Source: Spirochaetia bacterium (GTDB lineage Bacteria > Spirochaetota > Spirochaetia > UBA9216). Taken from it: a DNA stretch of 64,000 bases. Made by a program: the position numbers and the translations under genes. This document shows positions 31,468 to 42,407 of the stretch, piece after piece. The DNA is taken from NCBI GenBank assembly GCA_963677925.2, contig CAXXYH010000003.1, positions 1-64,000 of the forward strand, given 5' to 3'. Each line of letters starts with the position of its first letter. Positions within the stretch are counted from its first letter, which is position 1. A model generated the notes under the pieces. That model saw nothing but the letters and a program-made list of their open reading frames with translations, ran no database searches and was not told the origin of the DNA.

Positions 31468-33465
31468 ATGAAAAACATAATAATTATGATACTGACAGTA
31501 TTTTTTATATTCGGATGTACCGCAGGATTCATTCCTGAAGATATATCAGATGATACTGCCGATATTTCAACAGCCGCGGCAGACGGCGGTTCAGACGGAG
31601 CCCCATTATCTGACGAGGATTTCAATTACAGCACCTCAAAATGGATTTTAGTTACAATTCTAACCGATTATCCTGAGGTTCCTTTTGACGTTTATGATGA
31701 TAAGGGTAAAATGCTTATATCAGCGAAAACAGGCTCCGACGGCAGTCTTAATTTGAGTATTACCGCAGCAGAAACAACTGAAACCCTTTTTATTAAAACT
31801 GATTACATTGGAATGCCCGGTGAAATTGAGGCGGAGCTTGAAAATGATGCAGTAAATATTGATTTAAGACATTCATCACAGGGGACTGCCAGAGCTTTCA
31901 GTTCAAGAGCTCTTACAGTCGCACCGCTGTATCAGTCAATAAGCGGTCTTCCTTCATATAAAATACTCGGAAGCTGGTCTTCCAACGGCAAGCCCCTGTA
32001 TCTGGACAGTAGAAAGAGTATTTCAGCTGAACTTCTCGCTGCTCTTAACGAAGCTGTCCCGGAATATCAGCCTGTCCCGGAGTACAGACCTCAATACCTG
32101 ATGGATACTGTTGATACAGATCTTCATATGACTGAGAGCGGTGAAGTTTTTGTCACCTTTATTCATGAAGGTGCGGGATATAAAAATGCATTAGGTTTCT
32201 ATACATACAATACGGCTGACGGACCACCTGAATCTGTTCCTGATGAAGATATTACAATAATTTTTCCTAACGTGAGCTACTACTACGGCGGAGGAGAGCT
32301 GGTAAGTGGTGATACTGTTAAAATCGGTACTTTTGACGCCGGTACATCAATCGGCTGGACGCTTATTTCCAATGCTTACAGCACGCGTTTTTACGGAGTT
32401 ACATCAGGTTTGAATACATTCTACTCTGAAAGCAGTCTTAATCCTGATGCCTCTCCCTATCAGCAGCACATAATTCAGCTTGATCTGAACGGTGAGATTG
32501 TTCTGGGCATTGAAGACCTGGTAAGACCCGGCGGAGATAATGATTTTAATGACGCTATCTTTACTGTAAGTTCCAATCCTGTAACGGCCATCAGCAGATC
32601 CGGCCTTGTTACAGATACAACCGTTCATTATACAGCTCCTGAAGAACCTGCAGATACACTTACTCTGAAGGACGCTCCCCTGTATACAGTTACCGGTTAT
32701 CAGTTTTTCCCCGGCATGGATGAATACGGCACACTTGCCTATGAGGACCTGTGGCCATGGAAGGGCGATTATGATTTCAACGACCTGGTCCTTGATTATA
32801 ATGTTATTGAAGCCCTTGATGCAGATAACAAAATAGTTCAGATACAGCTTAGTCTCAAAATAGTGGGAATTATTGCAAGTATGCATAACGGATTCGGAGT
32901 ACAGCTAGGTGTTGCTCCCGAGCTTGTTGCATCAGTAAGCGGAGCTCTATATACAAAGGGCGACATTTACGTTGCTGATAACGGAACAGAATTACGACAG
33001 CAGAAGGCAGTAATTATAGTTTTTGAGGATGCCCAGGAGCATTATAATGCGGCTTCACCGGATGATTCAGAACTTATAGAGGTTTCAATAAACTTCGTAA
33101 GAGGCGTAACAAGATCTGAACTCGGCTTTGCGCCCTATAATCCCTTTATCATCAGTAACGGTGAGCGTGGAAGAGAGGTACATCTTCCCGGATACCAGCC
33201 TACAAGTCTGGTTCATATTCCATACTTCGGTAGTGAGGATGATGACAGCGTCATCGGTACAACCTTTGTCTACAAGACAACCAATGATCTCCCCTGGGCA
33301 CTGCACCTTCCTGAGCCCTTTGCCTATCCCTATGACAGCATAAAAATTTATGATGCTTACAATCTTTTTCAGACCTGGGTTGACAGCAACGGCTTCAGTT
33401 ATTCGGACTGGTACATGGATAAACCCGATTACAGGAATTTAACCAGAATTATGCGTATTCCTTAA
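31468..33465 (+). CDS. LruC/DUF4842-domain surface lipoprotein (with DUF4114-like central domain)
   Basis: Lipobox FIFGC; HEGAGYKNALG, GIEDL..DNDFNDAIF, YEDLWPWKGDYDFNDLV, PYNPFI, EVHLP. Start 31468 because the upstream TTG lies inside the promoter. Confidence 0.85.
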   Translation: MKNIIIMILTVFFIFGCTAGFIPEDISDDTADISTAAADGGSDGAPLSDEDFNYSTSKWILVTILTDYPEVPFDVYDDKGKMLISAKTGSDGSLNLSITAAETTETLFIKTDYIGMPGEIEAELENDAVNIDLRHSSQGTARAFSSRALTVAPLYQSISGLPSYKILGSWSSNGKPLYLDSRKSISAELLAALNEAVPEYQPVPEYRPQYLMDTVDTDLHMTESGEVFVTFIHEGAGYKNALGFYTYNTADGPPESVPDEDITIIFPNVSYYYGGGELVSGDTVKIGTFDAGTSIGWTLISNAYSTRFYGVTSGLNTFYSESSLNPDASPYQQHIIQLDLNGEIVLGIEDLVRPGGDNDFNDAIFTVSSNPVTAISRSGLVTDTTVHYTAPEEPADTLTLKDAPLYTVTGYQFFPGMDEYGTLAYEDLWPWKGDYDFNDLVLDYNVIEALDADNKIVQIQLSLKIVGIIASMHNGFGVQLGVAPELVASVSGALYTKGDIYVADNGTELRQQKAVIIVFEDAQEHYNAASPDDSELIEVSINFVRGVTRSELGFAPYNPFIISNGERGREVHLPGYQPTSLVHIPYFGSEDDDSVIGTTFVYKTTNDLPWALHLPEPFAYPYDSIKIYDAYNLFQTWVDSNGFSYSDWYMDKPDYRNLTRIMRIP

Positions 33466-33482
33466 TACTTAGTTAAAAGAAT

Positions 33483-33514
33483 AAAAACGGCTGTCTCATG
33501 ACGGTCGTTTTTTT
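33483..33514. terminator. Bidirectional intrinsic terminator between convergent genes
   Basis: A5-CGGCTGTC-TCAT-GACGGTCG-T7. Confidence 0.65.
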
Positions 33515-36500
33515 ATGCCCGATGAAATTAAATGTTTTATTCTGCGAATTAGGGGCAGAGGATGTTTCAGAATGCGGAAACCAATAAACAGAAAAATCAA
33601 CGCAGCGGGTATTCCTGCCAGACCTCTAAAATACATAGCTTTAAACATGACTCCAAGATCAGGAATTTCATCCTGATCACCTATGACATGACCCTGTGTC
33701 AATCCGTTGATAATAACTGGGTCTGCATTACCCCGTACCCAAAGCGGCGAAGGTGATTTAAAGCTGTTTATAACTGACTTTCCTGACACCGGAGTCGAAG
33801 GAGTTTTTGCTTCTACTACTGCAAGTGCATCAAGAAGTGCAAATTCTGAAACAGCATAAAACCCAAGGTCTTGAACGTTCAGAAGTCCTCTATCAAATTT
33901 ACTGCCCCTCGCCCACCATTGAATGACAGCATATACGGCCTTCTCCGGTGCTATGGTAAGATGCTCATATTTATTATCACGGCTCTTGTAGCTCTCTTCA
34001 ACCTCCGGAATATAGTCAGTTGATATTATACGCTTCTCTTCATTCAAATACAGTATTTTGCTGTGACGTTTATCCAGATGCTCTGAACCAGCTGTATAAC
34101 CAAGATAGTATTCTTTTCCTGGAGAGACTCTAAGTAAACTGCTTGAAACAATATACCAGTCGCAGGAACAGGTAGCTTCAGCCTCTGCACTAAAATCAAT
34201 CTGATTTCCCCCTGACCTGCGTACATTAAGACTTAAATCATCATAACTTATTTTTTCACATTCGCTGCAGTCAATTTCCTGCTGCGGTGGAAGGTAGGCC
34301 GGCAGTTTTATTTCTGCAGGACTGAATTTACGCAGGCTGTTTACTGAAAGAAGGTTTTCGGCATCAGAACTGAACTCAATCTTAATATTATAAGTTCCAG
34401 CCGGCAGTCTTAAATCACCGGTTTTAAATTTTCCTAAAGACGGAAATTCATCAGGCAGGTCAATTATTTTCCGTTTATATTCAGCCCTTGGATCCTCATC
34501 AGTATTTTCAATAATAATACCGTCGGAATCCTCATCATTGCTGAAAGTTACCGGAAAGGAAACAGGCTGAAAATAATCGCTTGTTAAATCCAGTGGAATT
34601 ACAGAGAGAGTCATTCCCGGGGCTGTATATTTATAACCCCCGAATAATTCAATGTGATATATACTGCTTTCTGGAATAATGACCCTTCGCGTCGCTTCTC
34701 CTGAGCGTGATCTTATAGCGTTACCTCTGCTCAATACAGGAGCTCTTCTGCTGCTTTGAATTTCGCCATTAAAATCAAAATCAGATTCCGCTTCATATCC
34801 TATAACGGTCGTTGACCGGTGAAGTGCGGCATCTGCGGCAGCCATAAATCTTCCTGTTTCATTTTCCGGCACCGCCGCAATAAGGTTGATTCCCTGAAAA
34901 CCTTCATGGTTTGTAATTGTAAACTTTTCCCCTTTTACGAGATTGAATGTTCCAAGCTCGGTCCAGACAAAACCTGATTTTGAAATGCTTTGTGTTTTAA
35001 TTTCTGTTTGTTTCTCAGCCGTATCGAATAAGAGAGTTCCTCCGGAGGGTGAGTGAAAATTTCTCATAAAAAACCTGTAACGGCCTGAGTCTTTATTAAA
35101 AGGAACTGAAAAACTGTTGGGAATGCTGAAATCTGAAAGATCTTCAAGCTCAAGGTCATGTATCCACCAGTGTATTCTCTGCTCAGCTCTCTGACGGCTG
35201 AGAATGTCTATTCTGCATTCAGCAGTTTCGGGCGGTGTCACAAATTCTGTATAAAACTCCAGACTGTCGTAATTAGTGAACTCTCCGGGAGCAACAGCAT
35301 AGGAAATACCCAGTTCATTTTGATTCTTATCATAAAACCTCAATTTCAAATGAAGCTGGTTGGCACCACGGCCTGAGACAAGAACTGAAAAACGGTAGGG
35401 AGTTTTCTCATGCATCTGAATCATACCTGACTTTGCAACCTGCCAGAGCTTTCCCTGATCACTTTGGGCAATAATTCCCCGTATAAGAGGAAACACATTG
35501 CCTTCAGAAATAGGATTCGCGGCAATCTCAAAACTTTCCGGGTTATCTGCCTTAAAAAACAGATCCATCCTCAGCATAGTGTTGAAATCAAGTACTATCG
35601 CCCCGTTTAATGCAGGCCATCTGTAGTTTGGAGGGACAAGGCTTGCAGGAGAATATGTCATTGCAAGATTGGATGAGAAATCAAATTCATATCCGAAATC
35701 ATATATTCCGAGTGATTCAAGCTGCCAAAGCCAGTCGCCTGTATGAGCAGCAGTCTGAGACCATCCCAGCAGAGGATTTCCGGTTTTCAGTTCCAGAGCA
35801 GGATACAGGTACTGATCTGCGGGCAGTGTATTCAGCCAGACCTGTTCAGGCTGCTTTGTAAAAAGATAAGCTTCGGATGCCTTCAGATTGAGCGATTCTT
35901 CATGCGTTGATAAGGTTGTGTAAAAAACAGATGAGGCCTCCCCCGTTATTCCAAGTCTTGCTAATAGAGATTCGCTTGCAATACCTTCAGTATTAATAAC
36001 AGGTGTATCTACACGCTTAAGGGTATCGCTTCCCGTAAATCGGTAGACGGTAAAAATGGAATTTTCATAAATCTTTGCGGCATTTCTCTGCATATCAAGC
36101 ATCTGAAGATTAAACTGCTGTCTGTCTTCCTGTCCTGTAAACTGATTCTGATAAACCAGGGTATCAATTCCAAGCACAGGCAGAAAACCCGCATTTGAAT
36201 TGGAAAGTCCAAGGTCTAGATCATGCTGAAGGTATGAAAGATGATAGCCGATAGACGGCAGATTTCCCTCATGATGAAAAAAGGTATCCCGCTCCATCTG
36301 GTATATTGTGTAGTCGCCTGTTGCTTTTTCCAGAATATCGGGCCGGCCTGCAGTATTCCAGAAATAAGTTGCCACGCCAGTAGACGGCTGAGTCATATTA
36401 TCAGCAACCGGAAATATCAGAACTCTGCTTGAGCCATTTGAGGCAAGATACCTGTTTACCAGGCTGTACTCTTCAGGAACAATTACGGGTTTATAATATC

Positions 36501-37887
36501 CCGACAGGTATCGATCGTAATAAGGGGCCAGATAGAGAAATACGGCAGCTAAATAGATTCCTATGGCAATACTTATCCTTCCATGAGTCAGAAAGGTCCG
36601 GTTTAACCAGTGAAATCCGAATATAATAAACAGGGAATATCCAAGTGCTGTCAGGCCTGAAAGTTTATTCGGATCACGGAACATACTTCCTATTACCGGG
36701 GTTTTTGTAACAAGGGTTACAAAAAGGGAATCTATATACTTATAATAAGTACCTGTTGAAAGAATTAAAAACAGTACTGTTAAGACCGTAAAAAATAATA
36801 GAATCGGATATCTTCCGGCTGAGGATAGAAAGCCTGTGATAATCAGTATGATAATAAAGATTACAGAAATGTTAAACGATAAAGGCAGAGCCGAAAGATC
36901 AAACATCGGCCACCAGTAACCGGTTAAGGCAAGGCTGTTTGCGGCATTCGCGTTTCTGCTGAACATCATTAAAGTATCATTTACATTAATATTATGCTGA
37001 GATCCCTGCGTTCCCTTCAGTATACCCATGACATATACTGAAAGCCAGTGAAAAGATAATAGTGAAAGAAAAAAGACGAGAACTATAGCTTTTACAAAAA
37101 AATTGGCAATTATCGAGCGTTCATAAAGGACTCCTTCCCTTCTGTGCGCTGCCAGGGTTTTTACAAGCAAAGCAGCCCACAGCCCTGCATACATAATGAT
37201 GGTATAGAAAAAATAGTGTATTGCGGCTGAAAGTGTTGAGATGACAAGTGCGGCAAGAAAGATATCAAAAAGATTTCTGCTGTACATCCTCTGACGTGAT
37301 ACTCTGTAATTTTTTATCAGCTGACTTTGAAATTTGGGGTCGAAAATATTAAAAAATAGAAGCAAAGCCAACGGCAGAAGACTGTATCCGCATAGAAGAT
37401 ATAAATGCTGTATCCTGGTGATAAACCATGGATTTGCAGCATAAAAGAGTGCACCAAGTGATACGAAAAAGACGGAGGCAAAAGAAAATCTGCTACCTAA
37501 ATATACAGAAGTAATTCTTTTTCCGAAAAGATACATTGAAAAGGCACTGATGATAACCAGAAGAATTATATATGTTTTGATAAAAACAGCGCCGCTGAAG
37601 CCGAAAACAGCAGACAACAGCCAGGGCCAGAAGGTGTATAATAGACGGGGCAGATTCAGCTGTGTTGAAGTATTCCAGCGTTCATTCCATATACCGGTAA
37701 GCTCCTCGAGATATCTCTTACTGTCGCCTGGAAAATCAAGATCACTGAAGATTATATGCCCTTCTGAAAGAATCGGAGAATATATACCTAATAAGACTAA
37801 AAAAAGCAGCAGTAAGGCTATGGCGTCATAACGGTAGGGAAAAAGAAGTTGATTTAGTTTCCAGAAATTACTTTGCCGTTTTATCAT
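33496..37887 (-). CDS. Large membrane protein: GT-C (AftD/YfhO-like) N-terminus, carbohydrate-binding-like periplasmic domains, C-terminal anchor
   Basis: About 12-13 TM segments in the first ~460 aa, FSDLDFP loop, YAANPW, MFRDPNK, long beta-rich C-terminus. Confidence 0.6.
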   Translation of the reverse strand: MIKRQSNFWKLNQLLFPYRYDAIALLLLFLVLLGIYSPILSEGHIIFSDLDFPGDSKRYLEELTGIWNERWNTSTQLNLPRLLYTFWPWLLSAVFGFSGAVFIKTYIILLVIISAFSMYLFGKRITSVYLGSRFSFASVFFVSLGALFYAANPWFITRIQHLYLLCGYSLLPLALLLFFNIFDPKFQSQLIKNYRVSRQRMYSRNLFDIFLAALVISTLSAAIHYFFYTIIMYAGLWAALLVKTLAAHRREGVLYERSIIANFFVKAIVLVFFLSLLSFHWLSVYVMGILKGTQGSQHNINVNDTLMMFSRNANAANSLALTGYWWPMFDLSALPLSFNISVIFIIILIITGFLSSAGRYPILLFFTVLTVLFLILSTGTYYKYIDSLFVTLVTKTPVIGSMFRDPNKLSGLTALGYSLFIIFGFHWLNRTFLTHGRISIAIGIYLAAVFLYLAPYYDRYLSGYYKPVIVPEEYSLVNRYLASNGSSRVLIFPVADNMTQPSTGVATYFWNTAGRPDILEKATGDYTIYQMERDTFFHHEGNLPSIGYHLSYLQHDLDLGLSNSNAGFLPVLGIDTLVYQNQFTGQEDRQQFNLQMLDMQRNAAKIYENSIFTVYRFTGSDTLKRVDTPVINTEGIASESLLARLGITGEASSVFYTTLSTHEESLNLKASEAYLFTKQPEQVWLNTLPADQYLYPALELKTGNPLLGWSQTAAHTGDWLWQLESLGIYDFGYEFDFSSNLAMTYSPASLVPPNYRWPALNGAIVLDFNTMLRMDLFFKADNPESFEIAANPISEGNVFPLIRGIIAQSDQGKLWQVAKSGMIQMHEKTPYRFSVLVSGRGANQLHLKLRFYDKNQNELGISYAVAPGEFTNYDSLEFYTEFVTPPETAECRIDILSRQRAEQRIHWWIHDLELEDLSDFSIPNSFSVPFNKDSGRYRFFMRNFHSPSGGTLLFDTAEKQTEIKTQSISKSGFVWTELGTFNLVKGEKFTITNHEGFQGINLIAAVPENETGRFMAAADAALHRSTTVIGYEAESDFDFNGEIQSSRRAPVLSRGNAIRSRSGEATRRVIIPESSIYHIELFGGYKYTAPGMTLSVIPLDLTSDYFQPVSFPVTFSNDEDSDGIIIENTDEDPRAEYKRKIIDLPDEFPSLGKFKTGDLRLPAGTYNIKIEFSSDAENLLSVNSLRKFSPAEIKLPAYLPPQQEIDCSECEKISYDDLSLNVRRSGGNQIDFSAEAEATCSCDWYIVSSSLLRVSPGKEYYLGYTAGSEHLDKRHSKILYLNEEKRIISTDYIPEVEESYKSRDNKYEHLTIAPEKAVYAVIQWWARGSKFDRGLLNVQDLGFYAVSEFALLDALAVVEAKTPSTPVSGKSVINSFKSPSPLWVRGNADPVIINGLTQGHVIGDQDEIPDLGVMFKAMYFRGLAGIPAALIFLFIGFRILKHPLPLIRRIKHLISSGIKKRPS

Positions 37888-39037
37888 TTTTTACCCGGGG
37901 CTTCCTCCTGACTGTCTTTTTCACTGCGGATTTTTTTCTGCTTAAACGTCCGGAATCTTTTTTACCCTGAGGTGACTTTTCCTGTATTACCTCTAGATCG
38001 TTATAAAGATAGTTAATATCATTTCTGATTTCATCAAGAACAGGCAGATTTTTCCTTACCCGCTCTATAGATTTGAGCAGTCTTCTGAAAAACAGCATAT
38101 CACCGGTATACCTGTCGGAAACGAGTAGATTCTCACCGAACTCTGCTACTGATTTGTTTAAATACCAGGCTGTAACAAAAGCACCTGCCGAAACAAGTAA
38201 AAATGCAAGAATCATCAGGTTCAGAAAACCAGACCGTTGCACAAAGGCCAGACTCTGGTCCTGAATTACTGAAAAATAAATTCGTTCCGGAAAAATACGT
38301 ATGGAAGTATAAGATATCCGCATTGATTCGAATGTCTCTGTATTCGAATATCCGTCAATCATCTTTTCTGTAATCTGATTAAGAAGCGTTATATAAGGAT
38401 TTTCAGGGAATTTTGAATCATATAAAACATGGTAGTTTCTATTTAAAAGCTGTATTCTGATATTTTCAAATTCAAGCAGATACGCACTGTAAAAGGGCAT
38501 TTTCATTATTATTGCCGCATATCTGTATGGGCTTTCCCCATCCAAAACATTATTTATCAGGAACAGTACCGGTATAAAATCTCCTCCATCCAATATAAAA
38601 CGATATGAAAAATAATCAGAAAAAATTTCATTTTGCAATGATGAACGGATTTCACCTTGAATCTCAGATTCCTCTAGTCTGCCGTTATCAGACATTCCTC
38701 CGGTAAAGGAATAGTCATCATCATATAAACTTATCTGCTGAATATAATTACCCTTATAATTTAAGTGTTCATAGAAAGACTCGGGATTCATTCCGTCCTC
38801 TGTAAAATTAAGGTAGGCATACCTGCTGAAATCATTAAAGTAGTTTTCACCTGTGCGGCTTAGCGAATCACGTATGGTTTCAAGTTCTGTATCCTGATTC
38901 TGTATATGCAGGCCGGTAATACGGGTAAAAGCGGCAAAGATTAAAATTGCAAAGGGAATTAGAATAGCTGCAATTACAACAAAGTAAAGCTTCCTGGAAA
39001 TTGTCAGTGTAATTCCTTTAAGAATTTTTATATTCAT
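37868..39037 (-). CDS. Two-TM membrane protein with Cache-like extracytoplasmic domain and no clear output domain
   Basis: TM - ~230-aa periplasmic region - TM - short basic tail. Confidence 0.5.
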   Translation of the reverse strand: MNIKILKGITLTISRKLYFVVIAAILIPFAILIFAAFTRITGLHIQNQDTELETIRDSLSRTGENYFNDFSRYAYLNFTEDGMNPESFYEHLNYKGNYIQQISLYDDDYSFTGGMSDNGRLEESEIQGEIRSSLQNEIFSDYFSYRFILDGGDFIPVLFLINNVLDGESPYRYAAIIMKMPFYSAYLLEFENIRIQLLNRNYHVLYDSKFPENPYITLLNQITEKMIDGYSNTETFESMRISYTSIRIFPERIYFSVIQDQSLAFVQRSGFLNLMILAFLLVSAGAFVTAWYLNKSVAEFGENLLVSDRYTGDMLFFRRLLKSIERVRKNLPVLDEIRNDINYLYNDLEVIQEKSPQGKKDSGRLSRKKSAVKKTVRRKPRVKNDKTAK

Positions 39038-39113
39038 GAAATAATTATATTCTACTGAAAGAAATTGTCAAAATCATGAAAATTCTATTTCTAAAAACTT
39101 TGATTTTGAAGGC

Positions 39114-40361
39114 ATGAAAAACTATGCTGAATATATGAAAGCTGCTGGAAAAATCATAATAATATTTATAGTATCTGTCATATCAGCAGAATCTCTGTAT
39201 GCAGATGACCCTGTATTTCTGATGCCGGTGGAATTGGTTACGGAGGTATATGACAAGGTTGATGAAGAACCAAATAATCAGCAGCTTGGCGGAGTCCTTC
39301 TGAGTGTAAAACCCCAGATAATCTGGAAACTTGATAATGCGCTGCTTCTTTTATCATTACAGATTTACGGATATCTTGGTGAAACTACTTCAGAGATTCC
39401 TGAGGAGGCTGCCGATCCTGTTCTTTCATACTCAGGAAGTTTTAGCAGTCAGGATCTTATCGGTATAGCTCTAAAGCCCGACAGCTTTTATCAGTCAACT
39501 ATCAGAGATTCTGATTTATATTTCAAAGTCGGAAAGTATACTACTGAAATACCATTTCTTTACGGTGGTGATCTGGTTTCAGGCCAGTTTGAATTTGGAA
39601 TCAGAAAAACTGATAAATACCGCATATACACAAGTTCTATCTTCTATAACTGGTTTACAACAGATATATTTGAACAGCCGGATCAGAAAATAATACAGCT
39701 GCTTGCCATGAATCTGTGGTTTGGGGAGCAAAACATTAGTCTGTATTATCCCTTCCTTATAAACAATGCATTTCTTGAACAGTATCATTTTCCATCGGTT
39801 CAGTGGATTTTCAGCGGAGAAAAGATTAGAAATGATGTATTCGGCGGATTCAGCTACCATAAAAATCTTGAAGGAGAATCAGGATATTCATGGGCGGTCC
39901 GTGAGGAAGCCGGAATAAGATATGGTGAAGCATGGAGAACCAGTATAATGTACAGCTTTCTGAGTGCTTCTGATACAGTTACAAATAATTATGCTTTCAC
40001 ATCGGTAGATGCACAGACTCCGTATTTAAGTTACGGACATCATTTTGATTATATTTATGAAGTTATCGGAAATATCTACGGTCTGCATTCTGCTGGTATT
40101 CATCAGGCGTTTTCAAAAGAAGATCTGAGCTGGTGGCTGGAATCAGCTGTATTTTTCACAGCCCTTCCTTCTGATTCAGCTTCTAAATTTGCCGGAGTAG
40201 CCCTTCGGGGAGACATGAAGCTTTTTAACCTGTGGAATTCCGGAAGTATATTGGAAATATACGGAGCAGTTCTTTTTCCCGGATCTTTCTCACAGAGAAA
40301 TCTGGATAAAACTTACAATCCGGGGTATCAATTATTAATAAAACTGCAGCAGAATTTTTAA
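39114..40361 (+). CDS. Putative outer-membrane beta-barrel (alginate-export-like)
   Basis: Signal peptide, amphipathic strands, terminal YQLLIKLQQNF. Confidence 0.55.
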   Translation: MKNYAEYMKAAGKIIIIFIVSVISAESLYADDPVFLMPVELVTEVYDKVDEEPNNQQLGGVLLSVKPQIIWKLDNALLLLSLQIYGYLGETTSEIPEEAADPVLSYSGSFSSQDLIGIALKPDSFYQSTIRDSDLYFKVGKYTTEIPFLYGGDLVSGQFEFGIRKTDKYRIYTSSIFYNWFTTDIFEQPDQKIIQLLAMNLWFGEQNISLYYPFLINNAFLEQYHFPSVQWIFSGEKIRNDVFGGFSYHKNLEGESGYSWAVREEAGIRYGEAWRTSIMYSFLSASDTVTNNYAFTSVDAQTPYLSYGHHFDYIYEVIGNIYGLHSAGIHQAFSKEDLSWWLESAVFFTALPSDSASKFAGVALRGDMKLFNLWNSGSILEIYGAVLFPGSFSQRNLDKTYNPGYQLLIKLQQNF

Positions 40362-40843
40362 GAGTTTTCTATCTCCCGAAATTTCGGCAAAAACATCCCC
40401 ACTTTTCTTCTGTACTCTCTATACTCTTCTTCAAAATGCATAATAAGATTTTTTTCTTCCCTCGGGTTTCCATGAATAAAAAATGCAGAAGTACAGACAG
40501 AAATATACTTGAATACAATCCTGTAAAGGCTACATACCAACCGGTGAATGTCAGCATAAGACCCAGATTTACAGAATGCCGGATGGATATAGCTGTAAAG
40601 TCCGTTATTGATAATATTGTTCGGAATCTCTCAGAAGCCGTTAAGATCAGTTTTTACAAGCTGAATACTTCCTGCCAGCATTAGTAAAATCCCGAATAAG
40701 CAAAAAATACCTCTTAGGATAGCAAAGCCTGCTCTGAATAGAAAACTTCCTTTCATTTTAATAAAGGTTAAATACATTATTAAAAACGATATGGAAGCAA
40801 TAAAAATAAAAATCTGCAGTCTAATAAGTTCAGCTAAATACAT
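40358..40843 (-). pseudogene. Isoprenylcysteine-methyltransferase/PEMT-like membrane protein, disrupted
   Basis: ATG 40843 with AAGGAG; in-frame stop at 40631-33 followed by NGLYSYIHP; EEKNLIMHFEEEYREYRRKV lies in another frame. Confidence 0.6.
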
Positions 40844-40922
40844 ACAGATTGTTCTCCTTAAATACGGAAAACTATATACTATCAGATTACTTCTTAAAAA
40901 GATTAAAGTCAAATCTGCCTTA

Positions 40923-42407
40923 TCAGGGTTTGGCTAACATCAAAATATTTTTGTCATCTGTATTTACTATTTCCCATATCTCATTCGTTGTATTATTCAA
41001 AAAAGTATCATCATGACTTACAAGAATAATAGCACAGTCAATTTCACTGAGCGTACTTTCTAACTTTTCAATTGTACCAAGATCCATATGATTTGTAGGT
41101 TCATCCATTATCAGTAATTTTGGAGAATAAAGAAAACCTTCTGATAATAAGAGTTTCCGCAGTTCACCGGGACTTGGTGTGTTTGTATTTAATATTCTGT
41201 GTGGATCCGACCCCAGTCTGTCGAGTGATGCAAATACTTTACCTTTATCAGTTCTATTCAAATGGTCTATCCTTTTGGTAATTATATCAGCTTCACCCAT
41301 AGATATTTCCTGGGGAATATATAAAGTACGGGAATTGGTATTCATTTTAATAAGATATTTAATAAAACTAGATTTACCGGTTCCATTAGCACCTTTAATT
41401 CCAATATTGGTTCCAGGAGATATCTCAATTTCCGGAAATACTAGTTTTCGCTTCCCAATATTCAATATTCCGGAATTCAGCCTGATAATGTAATCTGACC
41501 TTGCTTCTTCGGATGTATTATACAGCTTTAGCTCCCTCTTTATTTTTACATCCGCCTCAGAAAGCTTTTTCTTTTCGTGAGCAATTCTATTTTGCATAAT
41601 GGAATACATCTTAGCCTGTACAGCATCCTTTCCAGTAAGACGGCCCAGATCAATCTTTGCTTTTGCATCGTGATCTTTGTTATCAAGTCTTCTTTTCGAA
41701 CTGTCTGATTCTGCTTTTGCAGTCAGTCTCTTTTTATTATCTGCAGCAGTTTCCAGTTTTTTTATAGTTCTTCCAAGCTTATTTTTCAGTCGAACAGCCT
41801 CTTTATACTCTCTTTCTTCTTCAATTTTTCCTGAAGAATAAGTCCCTTTCCGCAGAGTGACATTCGGAGGATTAATAAACAGACACTGGAAAGGCAGCTG
41901 TTCCAGTAAAGCTCTGTCATGGCTTACTAATAATCCAGTACCTTTAAACAGTTTTAAAGAATTAATAATCATTTCCCTGCTATTTTTATCAAGATGATTA
42001 GTCGGTTCATCTGTAAGAAGAATGTCGGGCTCTTGAAATAATGCACAGGCAATTTGAAACCTGATTCTTTCTCCATAACTCAGTGTGGGCCATCTGTCCG
42101 GCCAGTCATATTCAATATTAAGAATTCCTCTAAGCCGCATGGAAACACCGGTAAAATCATATAGAAAATCCTGTGAATTTTCAGGCGGATTTTCCGAATG
42201 CTGTGAGCAGTAAGAGACAAGACCATGTGTTGAAATTCCGCCACTCCACGGTTTTAGTTCTCCTTTAATTAGACGAAGAAGTGTTGTTTTACCGCAGCCG
42301 TTATTCCCGACAATTGCAGTCCATCCTTCCGAGAACTGAATATTTAGATTATTGAAAATTTGAGTTGAATATCCGAATGTTAGATTATTTATAATTATAC
42401 CGGTCAC
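40923..42407 (-). CDS. ABC-F family ATPase (tandem ABC domains, no TM)
   Basis: GNNGCGKT/LSYGE/DEPTNHLD and GANGTGKS/SPGE/DEPTNHMD; GTG start follows AGGAGG. Confidence 0.9.
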   Translation of the reverse strand: MTGIIINNLTFGYSTQIFNNLNIQFSEGWTAIVGNNGCGKTTLLRLIKGELKPWSGGISTHGLVSYCSQHSENPPENSQDFLYDFTGVSMRLRGILNIEYDWPDRWPTLSYGERIRFQIACALFQEPDILLTDEPTNHLDKNSREMIINSLKLFKGTGLLVSHDRALLEQLPFQCLFINPPNVTLRKGTYSSGKIEEEREYKEAVRLKNKLGRTIKKLETAADNKKRLTAKAESDSSKRRLDNKDHDAKAKIDLGRLTGKDAVQAKMYSIMQNRIAHEKKKLSEADVKIKRELKLYNTSEEARSDYIIRLNSGILNIGKRKLVFPEIEISPGTNIGIKGANGTGKSSFIKYLIKMNTNSRTLYIPQEISMGEADIITKRIDHLNRTDKGKVFASLDRLGSDPHRILNTNTPSPGELRKLLLSEGFLYSPKLLIMDEPTNHMDLGTIEKLESTLSEIDCAIILVSHDDTFLNNTTNEIWEIVNTDDKNILMLAKP

